Below, piece by piece: positions 13,001-24,841 of a DNA stretch of 64,000 nucleotides. The notes under the pieces are model-generated. The model was not told where the DNA came from, did not search any database, and worked only from the letters and a program-made list of their open reading frames with translations. Source of the DNA: Macrostomum lignano (lineage: Eukaryota). A program made the translations under genes and the position numbers. Within the stretch, counting starts at the first letter, position 1; each line of letters starts with the position of its first letter. The DNA is taken from contig NIVC01000040.1 of NCBI GenBank assembly GCA_002269645.1, positions 62,001 to 126,000 on the forward strand. Reading direction: 5' to 3'.

Positions 13001-16000
13001 TAGGTTAACTTTATAAGAGTGCAAGCGGCACACGCAAAACCATTTGATCTTGCAATAGCTTAATCATTTTATGACAATAATGAAAGACAAGCTAAAACTA
13101 ATATACTTCTGTATTCTATAGAAATTTGTCGCAAAATGACTATAGACTCACCGGAGTACTCTCCAGGCGAAGTGAGTTTGCCTTGAAAAAAAACAATTTT
13201 AAAAAATAATTAAAACTCATTTAAACAAGCAACAAGATTAAAATAAAAACATTTTCTGCAAAATAGTTTTAAAACCTGTCCATTTAAAATAATTTTAAAC
13301 GCTTAAAAATATGCGTAAACTTTCAGCGAAACTCATAATTTTGAACTTGTGAAGTTCAGTGATGCATCCTGACAATGGATAGAAGATAGAATATATAAGG
13401 TAAAACGGCTTTTGTACGATAGGAAAAATATTATAAACATTCTGTTAGGCACATTCCTATTCCTAACTCGAATGTCCCTAATCCCAATTTCAAATATCTC
13501 TAATCCCAATTTCAAATATACCTAATCCGAAACTTGAATATCCCTAATTGGGATTAGGGATCTATTTGGGATTACGGATCCACATGTATTTGGGATTAGG
13601 GATCTATTTGGGATTAGGGATCCACATGTATTTGGGATTAGGGATCTATTTAAGATTAGGGATCTATATGTATTTGGGATTATGGATCTATTTGGGATTA
13701 GGGATCTATCCCAAATTCAAATATCCCAAATCCCAAAATCGAATATCCCTAATCCCAATTTCAAATATCGCTAATCCTTATTTTAAATATCCCTAATCTT
13801 AAGTTCAAATATCCCTAGTCCAAAATCGAATATCCCATTTGATCGTAATAAACGGTACGAGTACTCAATAAAAGATATTCCACAGTCAAATATCCAAAAT
13901 CCCATATTCCAATCAAATATCCCAACTCACCGACAATATCGGCGCCCAAATCAATATCCTCGATAGCTTGGGCGTCCCCACCAGCAGACACCTCTTCGTA
14001 AAGAGATGCTTCGTTGCTAGCACTGCTTTCAGCGGGCATAAGACGGCTTGGGGGCTGCCGAAGAATCTGTTGTTGTTGCTGTTGTTGCTTTTCCTGCTGC
14101 TGCTGCTGGCCAGGCGGCGGATACATTTCTTGCGAAGGATCCGGATTCGAGCAGCCGGCAATCGGCACCTTGAAGCCCTGCGGAGAGCAGTTATTGAAGT
14201 GTTGGGTTGGGATACTACAGACAGGTGAGAGAGGATACTACAGACAGGTGAGAGGGGATACTACAGACAGGTGAGAGGGGATACTACAGACAGGTGAGAG
14301 GGGATGAGAGACAGGTGAGAGGGGATACTACAGACAGGTGAGAGGGGATACTACAGACAGGTGAGAGGGGATACTACAGACAGGTGAGAGGGGATACTAC
14401 AGACAGGTGAGAGGGGATATTACAGACAGGTGAGAGGGGATACTACAGACAGGTGAGAGGGGATACTACAGACAGGTGAGAGGGGATATTACAGACAGGT
14501 GAGAGGGGATACTACAGACAGGTGAGAGGGGATACTACAGACAGGTGAGAGGGGATATTACAGACAGGTAAGAGGGGATATTACAGACAGGTGAGAGGGG
14601 ATACTACAGACAGGTGAGAGGGGATACTACAGACAGGTGAGAGGGGATGAGAGACAGGTGAGAGGGGATACTACAGACAGGTGAGAGGGGATACTACAGA
14701 CAGGTGAGAGGGGATACTACAGACAGGTGAGAGGGGATACTACAAACAGGTGAGAGGGGATTAGAGACAGGTGAGGGGATATTGGAGAGACAGAGGGGAT
14801 ATTAAAGACACAGGGGGGATATTGAAGACACTGAGGGGATATTCGAGACGGGATAAAGGTATAAAGAGATTAACTAGGAGTTATGTTCACCTTGTCATCC
14901 AGACGCACAACATCGATAACCTCCAAGGTGGGCAGCGAGTCTCCCGGCAGAGCAGCCGGCTGCTCCTGGCTCACTGCCAGTTCATCGCGTAAGCTGGCAT
15001 CCTGACCCTCCATCGCTGAATAGAACCGATCAGTCTCGGTTAAAGCTGAGTTATTTGACGATTCTTGATGATGATGCTGTTGCTGCTGCTGCTGCTGCTG
15101 CCGACTCTGATTCCGTAACCCGGATCCTCCCAAACCTGTTGCAGAAGCATCCTGCTGCGACAGCGGTCGATGCAGTCTATGCTGCTGGTTGTGAACAATT
15201 CTAGCAGAACCGGCGCCTCCCCCCAGCTCAGCGCTGATTGGCTGATCGCTGGCCATCAGCAGTTTGGTTCGTTCAAGGTGCTCAGTGTGGGTGCGCAACA
15301 GGTCAGTGTATTTGTCTCGGCAATTCTGCAGCTCGCGACGCAACTCTCGCTCTTTCTCTTCTAGCCGACTGATCTGGTCCTGATTAGCGGAGTTGCAGAG
15401 TTAGCTCTGCTGTTTAATTCAATTCTTCCCCCTTTTATTGCAGCCCCGCCAAGATGGAAGCAATAGTTAAGCAAAGGGAATACTAGATTGTCGCACACAT
15501 TGCGACAATCAATTCTACACTTAGTCAATCCCACACCTGCATCAACAGATCTCACACCTGTACTAACAGATCCCACACCTGTACTAACAGATCCCACACC
15601 TGCATAACCAGATCCCGCACCAGTACAATCATTTCCCCCGCATGTACAATCACATCCCACGCCTGTACAATCATATCCCACACCTGTGCAATCATATCCC
15701 ACACCTTTGCAATCATATCCCACACCTATACAATCATATCCCACACCAGTACAATCATAACCCACACCAGTACAATCATATCCCACACCTGTACAATCAT
15801 ATCCCACACCAGTACAATCATATCCCACACCAGTACAATCATATCCCACACCAGTACAATCATATCCCACACCAGTACAATCATATCCCACACCATTACA
15901 ATCATATCCCACACCAGTAAAATCATATCCCACACCAGTACAATCATATCCCACACCTGTACAATCATATCCCACACCTGTACAATCAGATCCCACACCA

Positions 16001-16810
16001 GTACAATCATATCCCACACCAGTAAAATCATATCCCACACCAGTACAATCATATCCCACACCTGTACAATCATATCCCACACCAGTACAATCATATCCCA
16101 CACCAGTACAATCATATCCCACACCAGTACAATCATATCCCACACCAGTACAATCATATCCCACACCTGTACAATCATATCCCACACCTGTACAACCATA
16201 TCCCACACCAGTACAATCATATCCCACACCTGTACAATCATATCCCACACCAGTACAATCATATCCCACACCTGTACAATCATATCCCACACCTGCAGAT
16301 TTCTACAAAAAACTCCCGCACCTGAGCATTCCTGGCCTTGAGCTCAAGCATCTTGCAGATGGACTGAAGACTGTCTTTATCTTCGGAAAATTTCGCTTTC
16401 TCTTCAGCAGCCGCCTCCTCAGTTAGAAACATTCGATCTTCGGCAGTCTTTCGCATCTGTTTCTCCCGTTCAAACTGGGACAATAGCTGGTGGTTGTCCT
16501 CTTTCAGCAACTCTAAACTAACTTCAAATTGGCCTCGCTCAGTGATAGCTCGCTCAAGATTCTCCAGCACCGTTACAATAAGTGGCATCAAATCTTTCAC
16601 AACCTCTTCATCATATTTTTTAATCATATTTTCAAATTCTGTGTAGATTTGACTGGCCAAACTTTGCACCCGATCGGACATCACGTGACCCTCTTCCAGG
16701 GTAGGAGACGGTGAGTGCTTGAGATTAAGAGATGAATACTCCACCGATTCGCTCAGAACAGGCGACTCGGTGGCTTCGGCAGCCAATTCTGCTGCCTCCT
16801 CGCTGGACAT
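4049..16810 (-). CDS. MAPK8IP3: JNK-interacting protein 3/4-like kinesin adaptor (JIP3/SPAG9/unc-16/syd family), partial; exons 16810-16322, 15379-14891, 14177-13931, 11148-11091, 11005-10949, 9756-9603, 8656-8469, 4550-4049 (728 codons); continues beyond the window start
   Basis: RH1 domain [43 protein letters not shown]; leucine zipper [37 protein letters not shown]; RH2 [38 protein letters not shown]; PVPIYCRPL, which precedes the C-terminal WD40-like region in JIP3. All seven internal introns are GT-AG with consistent phase. Confidence 0.92.
4870..5365. repeat. Minisatellite, 33-bp monomer (GAATTTTCCTAGAAATTTATTCAAAAAATCGTG)
   Basis: Direct reading; gives the 11-aa periodic spurious [14 protein letters not shown]. 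Confidence 0.95.
6775..7350. repeat. GC-rich minisatellite, ~49-bp monomer (CGACCCCCTCGGGCGCTCCTATTGGCTACTACTGCCGTCGCTTCCGTCT)
   Basis: Direct reading; period 49 at 6791/6840. Confidence 0.95.
8045..8378. repeat. Minisatellite, 16-bp monomer (GGATCTGAGGGTATTG)
   Basis: Direct reading; period 16 at 8221/8237. Confidence 0.95.
8900..9550. repeat. Minisatellite, 16-bp monomer (CCCCAAACTCCACAAA)
   Basis: Direct reading; fills most of JIP3 intron 9602-8657. Confidence 0.95.
9935..10875. repeat. Minisatellite, ~25-bp monomer (TTTCCTAGAAACCTACATCAAGGCG) with a 75-bp three-monomer higher-order repeat
   Basis: Direct reading; 75-bp period at 9961/10036. Confidence 0.93.
11290..11890. repeat. Minisatellite, 43-49-bp monomer (GGTTAGTGGGATAGAAAGGATCCAGTGTACACTGAAGGGGTTG)
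   Basis: Direct reading; period 43 at 11341/11384; later units gain TACAG. Confidence 0.95.
13475..13925. repeat. Short-period repeat cluster in mixed orientation (CCCTAATCCCAATTTCAAATAT / TTGGGATTAGGGATCTAT)
   Basis: Direct reading; the central block 13548-13707 is reverse-oriented relative to its flanks. Confidence 0.8.
14210..14850. repeat. Minisatellite, 23-bp monomer (ACAGGTGAGAGGGGATACTACAG)
   Basis: Direct reading; period 23 at 14221/14244. Confidence 0.96.
15530..16298. repeat. Minisatellite, 21-bp monomer (CCCACACCAGTACAATCATAT), in JIP3 intron 1
   Basis: Direct reading; gives the spurious GYDCTGV ORF. Confidence 0.97.
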
Positions 16811-18698
16811 TTCTCTCTGTGTCTCAGATGATTGGAAACTGTCGCTGTTGCTTTGGCCACATGCAATGCATTATTTTGTAATTTCATTGTTAAGTCATTT
16901 TTGCTTGGCTTTTCTTGACATCCCACAAAATTCTATATGGGAAACTTAGTGTAGGAAATCCCTTAGTAGTAAAAAACTATACTAAAGATCAACTGTCTCA
17001 ATGATCTCTGTATACCAAGCTATATACTAAGGGGTAATGAAAGGCTTCTTTATATGCAAATTTGTACACCAATTGTGTATGCTAGATCTGTGTTCACTGG
17101 AATTTTCTAGTATATATCCAGTGTTTGGCAAAGTTCTGGCACTTTTAATGCCAGAAGTTACTTTTTTCTAAAATGGCACTTTTTTTCTGGTTCTTTTTTT
17201 AAAATGCTAGACTTGGGTAATGGAAGTTACTTTTTGATTAGTCCAGTCCTCTGGTACTTGAAAATGAAATCTAGGTGCCAAACAGCCAATGTAGCACTAA
17301 ATATTTCCCAAAAGTGTAAAACTTTACCATAACACTTTTAGTACAATTAGACAATGCAATGTATATGCAAAGCTATATACAATACCATCAATACATGCAT
17401 GGAAAAAGGAATAATAATAATTTTTTTACTTTTTCCCTAAAAAAATAAAAAACTTATTTTTCTTAATTTTTAGCAAAAAATATTTTAGCAAGAAGTATTT
17501 TAAATACTTCTTTTATAATTATCATTTTTCAGTGCACATTGTAATTGTATAATTTTTAAGTTTGTTACTTTGCATGAATACCATTTGTAATAGTGCTCAA
17601 ATACTGTACAAGTAATAATGTATGATTTCTTAAAAAACTAAATTCATACAAAATAAATATTTATAAATATAAATATTGTTTTACTGCACAAAATAAATTG
17701 GGGAAATATTTTTGTTATAATCATATTGGGAAATTTGAGGTATAAATAGGAGCGATTTTGTAGTCAAGTAAACTTAACTATCTTGATATCTGTGAGCAAC
17801 TATTGCAAGCAATAAAAGCAGACTAGCAGTTCAATCTATAAATGTTCAGTCTTTCAAGTTAAGCAACTTATTCATTTAAAAAGGCTAAGAACAGTGCTAA
17901 GAAATTTGCTAAGAGAGGGAATTAGAAAACAATTTGTAGAAACATACTAAGAAAAGTGCTATGACCTCTAGTCCCAGTAATGACCAATTGGACTAACTCA
18001 TATACTAGTACTAGCCTGCTCAGGCCATAGTATATACCAGAGCCATATACTAAGAATGCTACCAAGAACATTACCAAGAATACTACCCAGAAATATATGA
18101 GATTCTAAGAAACAGTTAGGATTTAAAAAGACAGAGCCATAAGGCCTGTAACAGATGGGTACCAGTGGTAGGATATTTGTAAGGACAGGAGAAAGAGACC
18201 TGCCACACACTCTCATATAGTATTAAAAGCATATAATTCTTTTAAAATTTAAAAACCAATTGTAATTTGCACTCCATGTTAGTTACTAAATTTAGATGAT
18301 TTTTTTGTGTTGACTGTAAAAATAACCATTTCATTATTTATATGGTCACCATAACAATAATAACTGCCAAAAAATTTGGCATGCAGCCACAAGCAAAATG
18401 GATTTGGAAATAAAATAGAGGTTTGGATTTGGATAGACTTGTAATTGGTAATGTCTTAATTTATTTTTTTGATATTTAAATTTTACATTTTTTACTAATT
18501 GTAATATATTATATATTTTTTGTAACTTTGCAGCAAAAAGAAGACAGAAAAAAGTAATCCAATCTGTAGAAAAGAAAGAATTTAATTTGTTTAAATAGGC
18601 TTTGCTGCATTTATGTAAGCCAAGTGCATTTTTACTTTCAACCCCCCAGTCAATGCCTTGCAAGCAACACGCAATGCAGATGAGGCTCTTAGCATATG

Positions 18699-19173
18699 GC
18701 ATGCACCATAGTCCGGATCATGGCAGGCGTACGCCGGAGTGAAAATTCGTGTCTTTTCAATTTTACGCCGACGTAAAGTTCAAAAATTTTTTACGCCAAG
18801 TCAAAAGTTGTTTATTTTTCCAACTTTTTAAAGAATTTGTATTTTTTAAAACTTAAAAATAAATATTTACTTGAAAATGGCTGATTTTTTCCAAAAACTA
18901 ATATTCTTTGTTTTAATTTTGTTTTTCTCGTAAATTTCGTTAATATTTTCTGTTTTGTTAACTGTTTATATTCAGAAGAGCTTTGGTTAATTGATATTTA
19001 ACTACACGATTGCATCAGCCCTGAACTTTTCTATTTCTTGTACACCGGTTGTTTACACTTCATGTTGAACCTGAATATTCTATACGCCAAATGTACGCCA
19101 AGATTGTCAGCGAGTGCAAAATTACGCCGGAAAATTCCGGCGTAAAGGCCACCTTCCGGACTATGGGGCATGC
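18699..19173. mobile_element. Putative MITE with imperfect terminal inverted repeats
   Basis: GCATGCACCATAGTCCGGA (18699-18717) pairs with TCCGGACTATGGGGCATGC (19155-19173) at 18/19. A TACGCCGG motif repeats inward on both sides and the core is AT-rich. No TSD identified. Confidence 0.55.
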
Positions 19174-19576
19174 AATGTGTATGAGATTTCCAAATAATCT
19201 TGGCATGCGCCATGTAGAAGCAAAAAGTTTTGTGGTATGCATGGAACATCTTTGGGACTATGGAATGAATAATAAATTCAATAATAAAAAAGTATACAAC
19301 TTTTGCATACAAAGTTTAAAACATTTTTTAGTCCTAGCATACAAATATACTCCTATACTTTTCACCATGGACCTGGCATATGCCTACACTAATATACAAT
19401 CTGAACTATAGAGGATAGGTGGCATAGGGCCTAATAGGCCTATATATATGGGAATATTTTGGTTATTTTTTTAATCTTAGGACAAAGCTTCTAAGCTAAG
19501 AAGGCCTACTTTGGTTAGTATAAATATATACAGCTAGTGTTTCACTTTTATCATAATAATGATTTTAAATAAAAGC

Positions 19577-19735
19577 CAGGGGTGGACTAAGGGGGGGGGG
19601 CATTAGCTCTGCTAAAAAATCCTCAGATGTATTGGTATCATGCTATATTGGTATCATGATACCCTAATTGCAGCTCTGGCCTGACCAGACATGAGGCTTG
19701 CCCCCCCCCTCGATAAAATCATGGGTCCACCCCTG
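19577..19735. mobile_element. hAT-type MITE (159 bp), 11-bp TIR and 8-bp TSD
   Basis: Perfect TIR CAGGGGTGGAC...GTCCACCCCTG; TSD ATAAAAGC at 19569-19576 and 19736-19743. An 8-bp TSD with CAG termini is the hAT signature. Confidence 0.9.
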
Positions 19736-20689
19736 ATAAAAGCCACAGACCAAAAGATTTAGACTAGTCATAAGATAAGATCAGTATTAGTGCTAAATAA
19801 AATATTAAACCTAGGCCTAGGGTACCTAGCTAACTTGCCTAACTAGCTTTCTTTCTAGTAGTAGTAGTGAGTTAATTTGCATTAAAAACAAAAAGCTTGA
19901 CTAATTTATCATATATTATCATGACTATTAGGATAAAAGCAAATAAAAAACACGACGCCATTAAGTAGAAAAGATACCATAAGGTCCGCTACTTCGCTAT
20001 CATGACAATCAACGATGGTGACATTTATATAATTAAAAAAATTGTGTTTTTTTAATTTTGTTTTCAATACGTTTCGAGGAAAAAATATTTTAAAAACACG
20101 AAGAAACAATTTAATTTTAAACAAGTATCAACAATCTTTCTGAGTAAAATTAAAGCCACTACTGCTTGCTAATGTACAAAAAATGCTAAGTTTTCTAGTT
20201 TCGTGCTCTGAACTGCTATACTAAAGACTCCATTGGATACTGCAATTGTCTTCAATGGATAAATATAAATACATGCTGCGACCGCTGATTCTTTGCATTG
20301 TTTTTCTGTTTGACGATCCTACAGACAATGCATTGTTTGTAGTAATGGATTGTTCTGCATTAAAAATGTGAATAATGATCGTCAAATTGCTAAAAAATGT
20401 GCTAACGGATATCATAATATCGGATATATATCGGATATCGCCGTTTCTCTTTGTCCAAAGGAGAAACCAGGATCGGCGGCTGTCTTTGAGCTTCATTAGC
20501 TAGTTGGATGCCCTTTGACGTAGTAATTATGTTAAACCCTAGCTGTCTCCAGGCCGAGCATACTTATTGCTAACTCTCAATGACAAGAAATTATAGCAAT
20601 AATTCCGTGGTTTTACTACGTGTACATGCACATGCAAGTTTGAAAGCAAACATGGTACTTGCTAATGGGTGCTAATGCTTGCTAACCCT

Positions 20690-21130
20690 ACTGTACGAGA
20701 CCATCCTACTGAACCTGACAGCTCGCACGGTTCCCGTGGTTCACCTATACCTCTGGTGCACCCCACGTAGAAGAGAGAAAATCACGCGGCGAACAGACTC
20801 GACTGGCGGCCTAACTAGCATCCGGGAAGTCCTTCAGTCTGAAGCGCTGTCCGACCATCTGAGGGCTCGGCTGAGGCAGCTAGATGGTGGTCGAGACCAT
20901 CCTACTGTACGGTACAACACAAAGAATGGACGCTGATGGCTACGTTGGAGTCGCAGCTGGGCTCGGCGCACTCCAGCTGCTCCATACCGCCTTTCAAGCT
21001 GACAAGAGCGTCGGGAAAGAGTCCCTGTACTAGAGGCCCCAGCTGCAAGGTGTGACTTTAACCCAGGAGGGTCACGTGATCCAGGCCGAGAGCTGCTGTC
21101 CCAAAGCCTCTACAGGACGTTCTGCTGCTC
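20690..21130 (+). mobile_element. Decayed non-LTR retrotransposon (RTE-like) fragment, post-RT region
   Basis: Frameshifted peptide pieces EVLQSEALSDHLRARL, VETILLYG, EWTLMATLESQLGSAH and HVIQAESCCP resemble the RTE-clade VETVLLYGxETWTLT motif region. Recognised from memory, not by search. Confidence 0.5.
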
Positions 21131-21289
21131 AGCTTGAAGGGCCGTTTCGACTGCCCAGGTGCGAATCTGAATTCGTCGTTCACTCGCTCAGTTTGTCCCA
21201 CTCGCGCTCGCTCCGCGACATGCAGAGCGATGCATTTGACGCATCCAGACTTTACTCCAGACTTTCCAGACTTTGTAGCTTAGCATTAA

Positions 21290-21530
21290 TGTAATCACTT
21301 TAGAGTGGTCAGATCGTCGGACGCACAACTAAAAGGTCGGAAGTTCGATTCTAGATTCCACTGGAACAAATTCGTGCCCTTGAGCAAGAAGACCCTTAAC
21401 TCTGCATTGCTTTAGTTCACCCAGTTGTAAAATTGGTGCCAGCGTTATAGCTGCGGTAATAGAGTGTTTGTGTGTGTGGCGGTACACGCGAGGAAAGAAA
21501 TAAACCAGAGAGAGGACCACGCGTCCTTTA
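21290..21530 (+). mobile_element. tRNA-derived SINE head with a CORE-like body
   Basis: A-box-like TAGAGTGGT, B-box-like GTTCGATTC, then GTGCCCTTGAGCAAG...CTTAAC...CACCCAGTTGTAAAATTGGTGCC, typical of SINE2/CORE-type bodies. Confidence 0.5.
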
Positions 21531-21642
21531 AAAGTTGGCTAGGAGAGGTGTACTCACCACAAGTGCAATATGAGTTCTCGTTTCTTAGAAAATTTTAGAA
21601 GGCAGGTTTTCCCGAAAAAATACACTACGGAGATAGGAAATT

Positions 21643-22101
21643 CTCATTTTTAGCACAAAAATTGCTATTGCTTTTGATAGGAGGCAGATCCAGTGTTCAT
21701 CTTTTGATATGTTGTGCCTTTCTTATTGCTCTATCGATATTTGTAAAGCTTTTCGTGCAAAGAATTAGGATTCTATGTAACTTTTTATTCTACATGTACG
21801 TACGTTTTATGAATCTATTTTATCATCTCTGTTACAGATAATTGTTATACAGTCCGCTAAGAATGATGAAATAGACTCAAAAAGCCAAAGAACTGAGCCG
21901 TGCCATTTTAATGGTTTTTAGGCACAAGATACATGTACGTGCAAATGTACGTAGAATAAAAAATTCACAAAGAATCCTAATTCTTTGAACGAAAAGCTTT
22001 ATGAATATCAATCGAGCAATAAGAAAGGCACAACATTTCAAAAGATGAACACTGGATCTGCCTCCTATCAAAAGCAACAACAATTTTTGTGCTGAAATGA
22101 G
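21643..22101. mobile_element. Foldback/MITE-like element; ~155-bp inverted arms, ~150-bp spacer
   Basis: 21643-~21795 (CTCATTT..AGCACAAAA..GATAGGAGGCAGATCCAGTGTTCATCTTTTG..AAAGAATTAGGATTCT) is the reverse complement of ~21946-22101. Confidence 0.8.
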
Positions 22102-22728
22102 GCTTCCCGTCCTTATACTTAAGTCGTTCTTGTGTTCACCCTGTCTGAGCGTGCGTATGAGTGCGTGCTTGCGAACAGTATTGGCGCGCTTGTACATGTA
22201 CATATATGTGCTCAGGGGTCAGCGGAATGGGCGAGGTCGTAAATGCAGCTTTGCAGCAGGTGTACAGGAAATTTCAAAGGAGCAGCGGTTGCCATGGTAC
22301 AGAACATCACCAAAATCGGGCCGCTATGCAGGTAACTTCTTCATCTATCAGCTTCCATCAAGGATAGCATCTTTTCAGATAATGTTAAACAGAGTAGTTT
22401 TACAAAAGACTCGATCAACTCACATGGCCACTTCGGTTCGGAACTATCTTACTTCATAGCCAACGAGTTGTTAGCTAAAGAAAGCGAAGACTACACAGTT
22501 TGTAGAACTTGCCTTTGATTTTGAAAACTTCAACAGCAAACAGCAAACGATAACTGAGATCTATGCAGACGCTTACATTAGATTAACTAACGACATTAGC
22601 TAACGACCAACCAACTAAGTCATCAAAAGTTAAAGATTGATGGTCAATACACACTGCAACTTTTTCTAGCAAAATCTAGAATTGTGAATCACAGTTTGCC
22701 TTTGACACTTGCTAAGTTCTGTACCAGC

Positions 22729-23938
22729 TCAATCTGAGTCAAATAGCCAGCTTGCATCTGTGAAGTCCTTGTAAACCCAAACAAGGTTATAATCCTCAAA
22801 GCCTTTATCCTTAATGTCGATAACTCTGGTCGGATGGACCATAGTCCTCGGGCTGTAGCGCCTCTCAGCGAAGAAGCTGATCATGAACTGGCGCTCCTCC
22901 TCGCTCATGTGCTTCCTCAGCCACTCCATGTGCACCACGGGAATCGTGACTCTGTCGAACAGCTTCTGCGCGCTCTTGAAGAACTCGCCTTCGCCTCCTT
23001 CGATGTCGACCTTCAACACGACCAGCTTCGTGTCGATGAGCGGCACAATGGAGTCCGCGGTGGCCGACATCACCGGGATCGTGTCGACGACGGCCCTGCC
23101 GAACTTGGTGGCGCCGCCCATGTTGCAGTCCTCCGGGAAGTTCAGGTACATGAGCGACACCTGCCTGCTGACGAAGTTCCACAGCAGTTGCAGCTTGTGA
23201 GGCGAATTGGCCGCCTCGGCTGACAGCTTGATTCGAATCAGGTTGCGGATGTTCGCGTCCAGCGCGATGACGGGCACTCCGAGATCGAGGACCGGCAGGC
23301 TGAACACGCCGATGTTCGAGCCGACGTCCACGAAGGTGACGGGCGACTTGGCGGCCAGCTTGCGAATGATTCGCTGCATGGTGCGGACGTTCTGCTCCTC
23401 GAAGACATGCGAGCCGTGAATTAAGGTCGAGATCAGGTCAGTACTTGAGTACACGAAACTGACAACGTTTCTCTGGGTGAGGGGGCTTCTGATGTATGTC
23501 TGAAGGCTTCCAGCTCTGACGCCTTCGATGAGCACGTGCGGCAGGTGCTGCTTGAGTCGACAAAGTGGAAACGCGCTGTCCACGATGGTGTAGGCGGCGG
23601 CGCCTTCGCAGATGCTCTCGCTGATGGACTTGTGCAGGAAGTTGACGCTGCGGAGCTCTCGATAGGCGTCACACATTTTTTTCTGGCAGCGGTCTGTGAA
23701 TGACCGGCGGGATGCTCGATTGGTAGGATTTCTGCAGTGCCGTTTGGTTCACGGCGTTGGACTCAGATTCTGTCCTGCGATATTCGCGTACTGCACTCTG
23801 TGGTTTCGCTGCCACGGTTTTGTCTTGTGACGGATTGAGGCTGCGGCTGCTGCTGATGCTGCTGTGGTATAATTTACTCAGAAGCCAGACGGATATAGCT
23901 GTCAATAAAATAACGAGTGCAGTTTTCGACCACTTCGT
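22729..23938 (-). pseudogene. FkbM-family methyltransferase copy 1; start codon ATG>ACG and a +1 frameshift in an A-run (probable pseudogene, or sequencing error)
   Basis: Inverted paralog of 26119-27327. ACG at 23938-23936 where copy 2 has ATG. A7 versus A6 at ~23676-23682 splits ORFs 23669-23905 and 22729-23676. The catalytic domain (VDVGSNIG, KVDIEGGE) is intact in the 315-aa ORF. Confidence 0.75.
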
Positions 23939-24841
23939 TGTTCCTGCAATTTATGTGTTTTTTATTCAGTTTTAATTTGCATTTCGACCGGACCGCCGTC
24001 AGGTGCGCTCCAAAGAATTCAGCACTAAATTCTCACAATATCTCAATATCTGAGCTTCTAGATTGCAAACTAAGCAAGCAGGCATTCTGTTCGAAGGAGC
24101 ACTTACAAAGTCTTTCTGTAAAAATGCACTAAACAGACAGTAACAGCAGAAATTTCATCATCACTTCGCTTGCTTGTCGGTCTCCGGTGGCATTTCATGC
24201 AACAATAAACTGGTGACTCTTGGACAAAATATCTGCAGCTAAAACTGGCCTCGTGAGAAAGCTAGGTGCTTTTTCTCACCAGCACCGGCACCCAAGCACC
24301 AAGGGGCGGAAGTTTAAAATCAACACATGTGCATGTACTCAAGCCGCTTACCTTTATTGGAATCAATTTTTTTCGCTTTCTCAAATCAAAACTTTGCCTA
24401 TAGCTACCGGTAGTTTATGGAATCGAGCTGTTAAACTTTGTCGAGTACGGTCCGTTGTCTATCGTTATGAATAATTGGCCCGTCTCCCTGAGCACGTCTC
24501 CCTGCGGTGTATTTGAGCGCTCTCTCCTACAGTCCGTGTTAAATAACTCTTATTGCTGAGGTCTCTAGAAAGACAAGAGAAGAAAGTGAGGAAGAAGAGT
24601 CGAAGCCTCGGGAGTCACGAAGCTGTAGAATGTATTTGAAGAGTCTTAAAAGCAAATAAATTCAGTATTGGACGCATTGCTCTGTCGATCTAATGGGTCA
24701 CTTAGTAAACATCATTGAGTAAATTAAGCAAGGTAAAAACTGCACTGGACAGAATATTTTTACTCTGTAATTAGAGAACTATAAGTATCAACCGTTCAGA
24801 AAACCGAAGACAGCCTCAGGAAACACGATACAAAGATCGGG

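Noticed and set aside
15361-16290. 309-aa ORF of GYDCTGV repeats resembling a Cys-rich or antifreeze-like protein
   Set aside because: It is the translation of a 21-bp intronic minisatellite, out of frame with JIP3 exon 1, and other frames are also open.
24464-24650. Possible solo LTR fragment between the FkbM genes
   Set aside because: No TG...CA boundaries, TSD, PBS or second copy could be identified.
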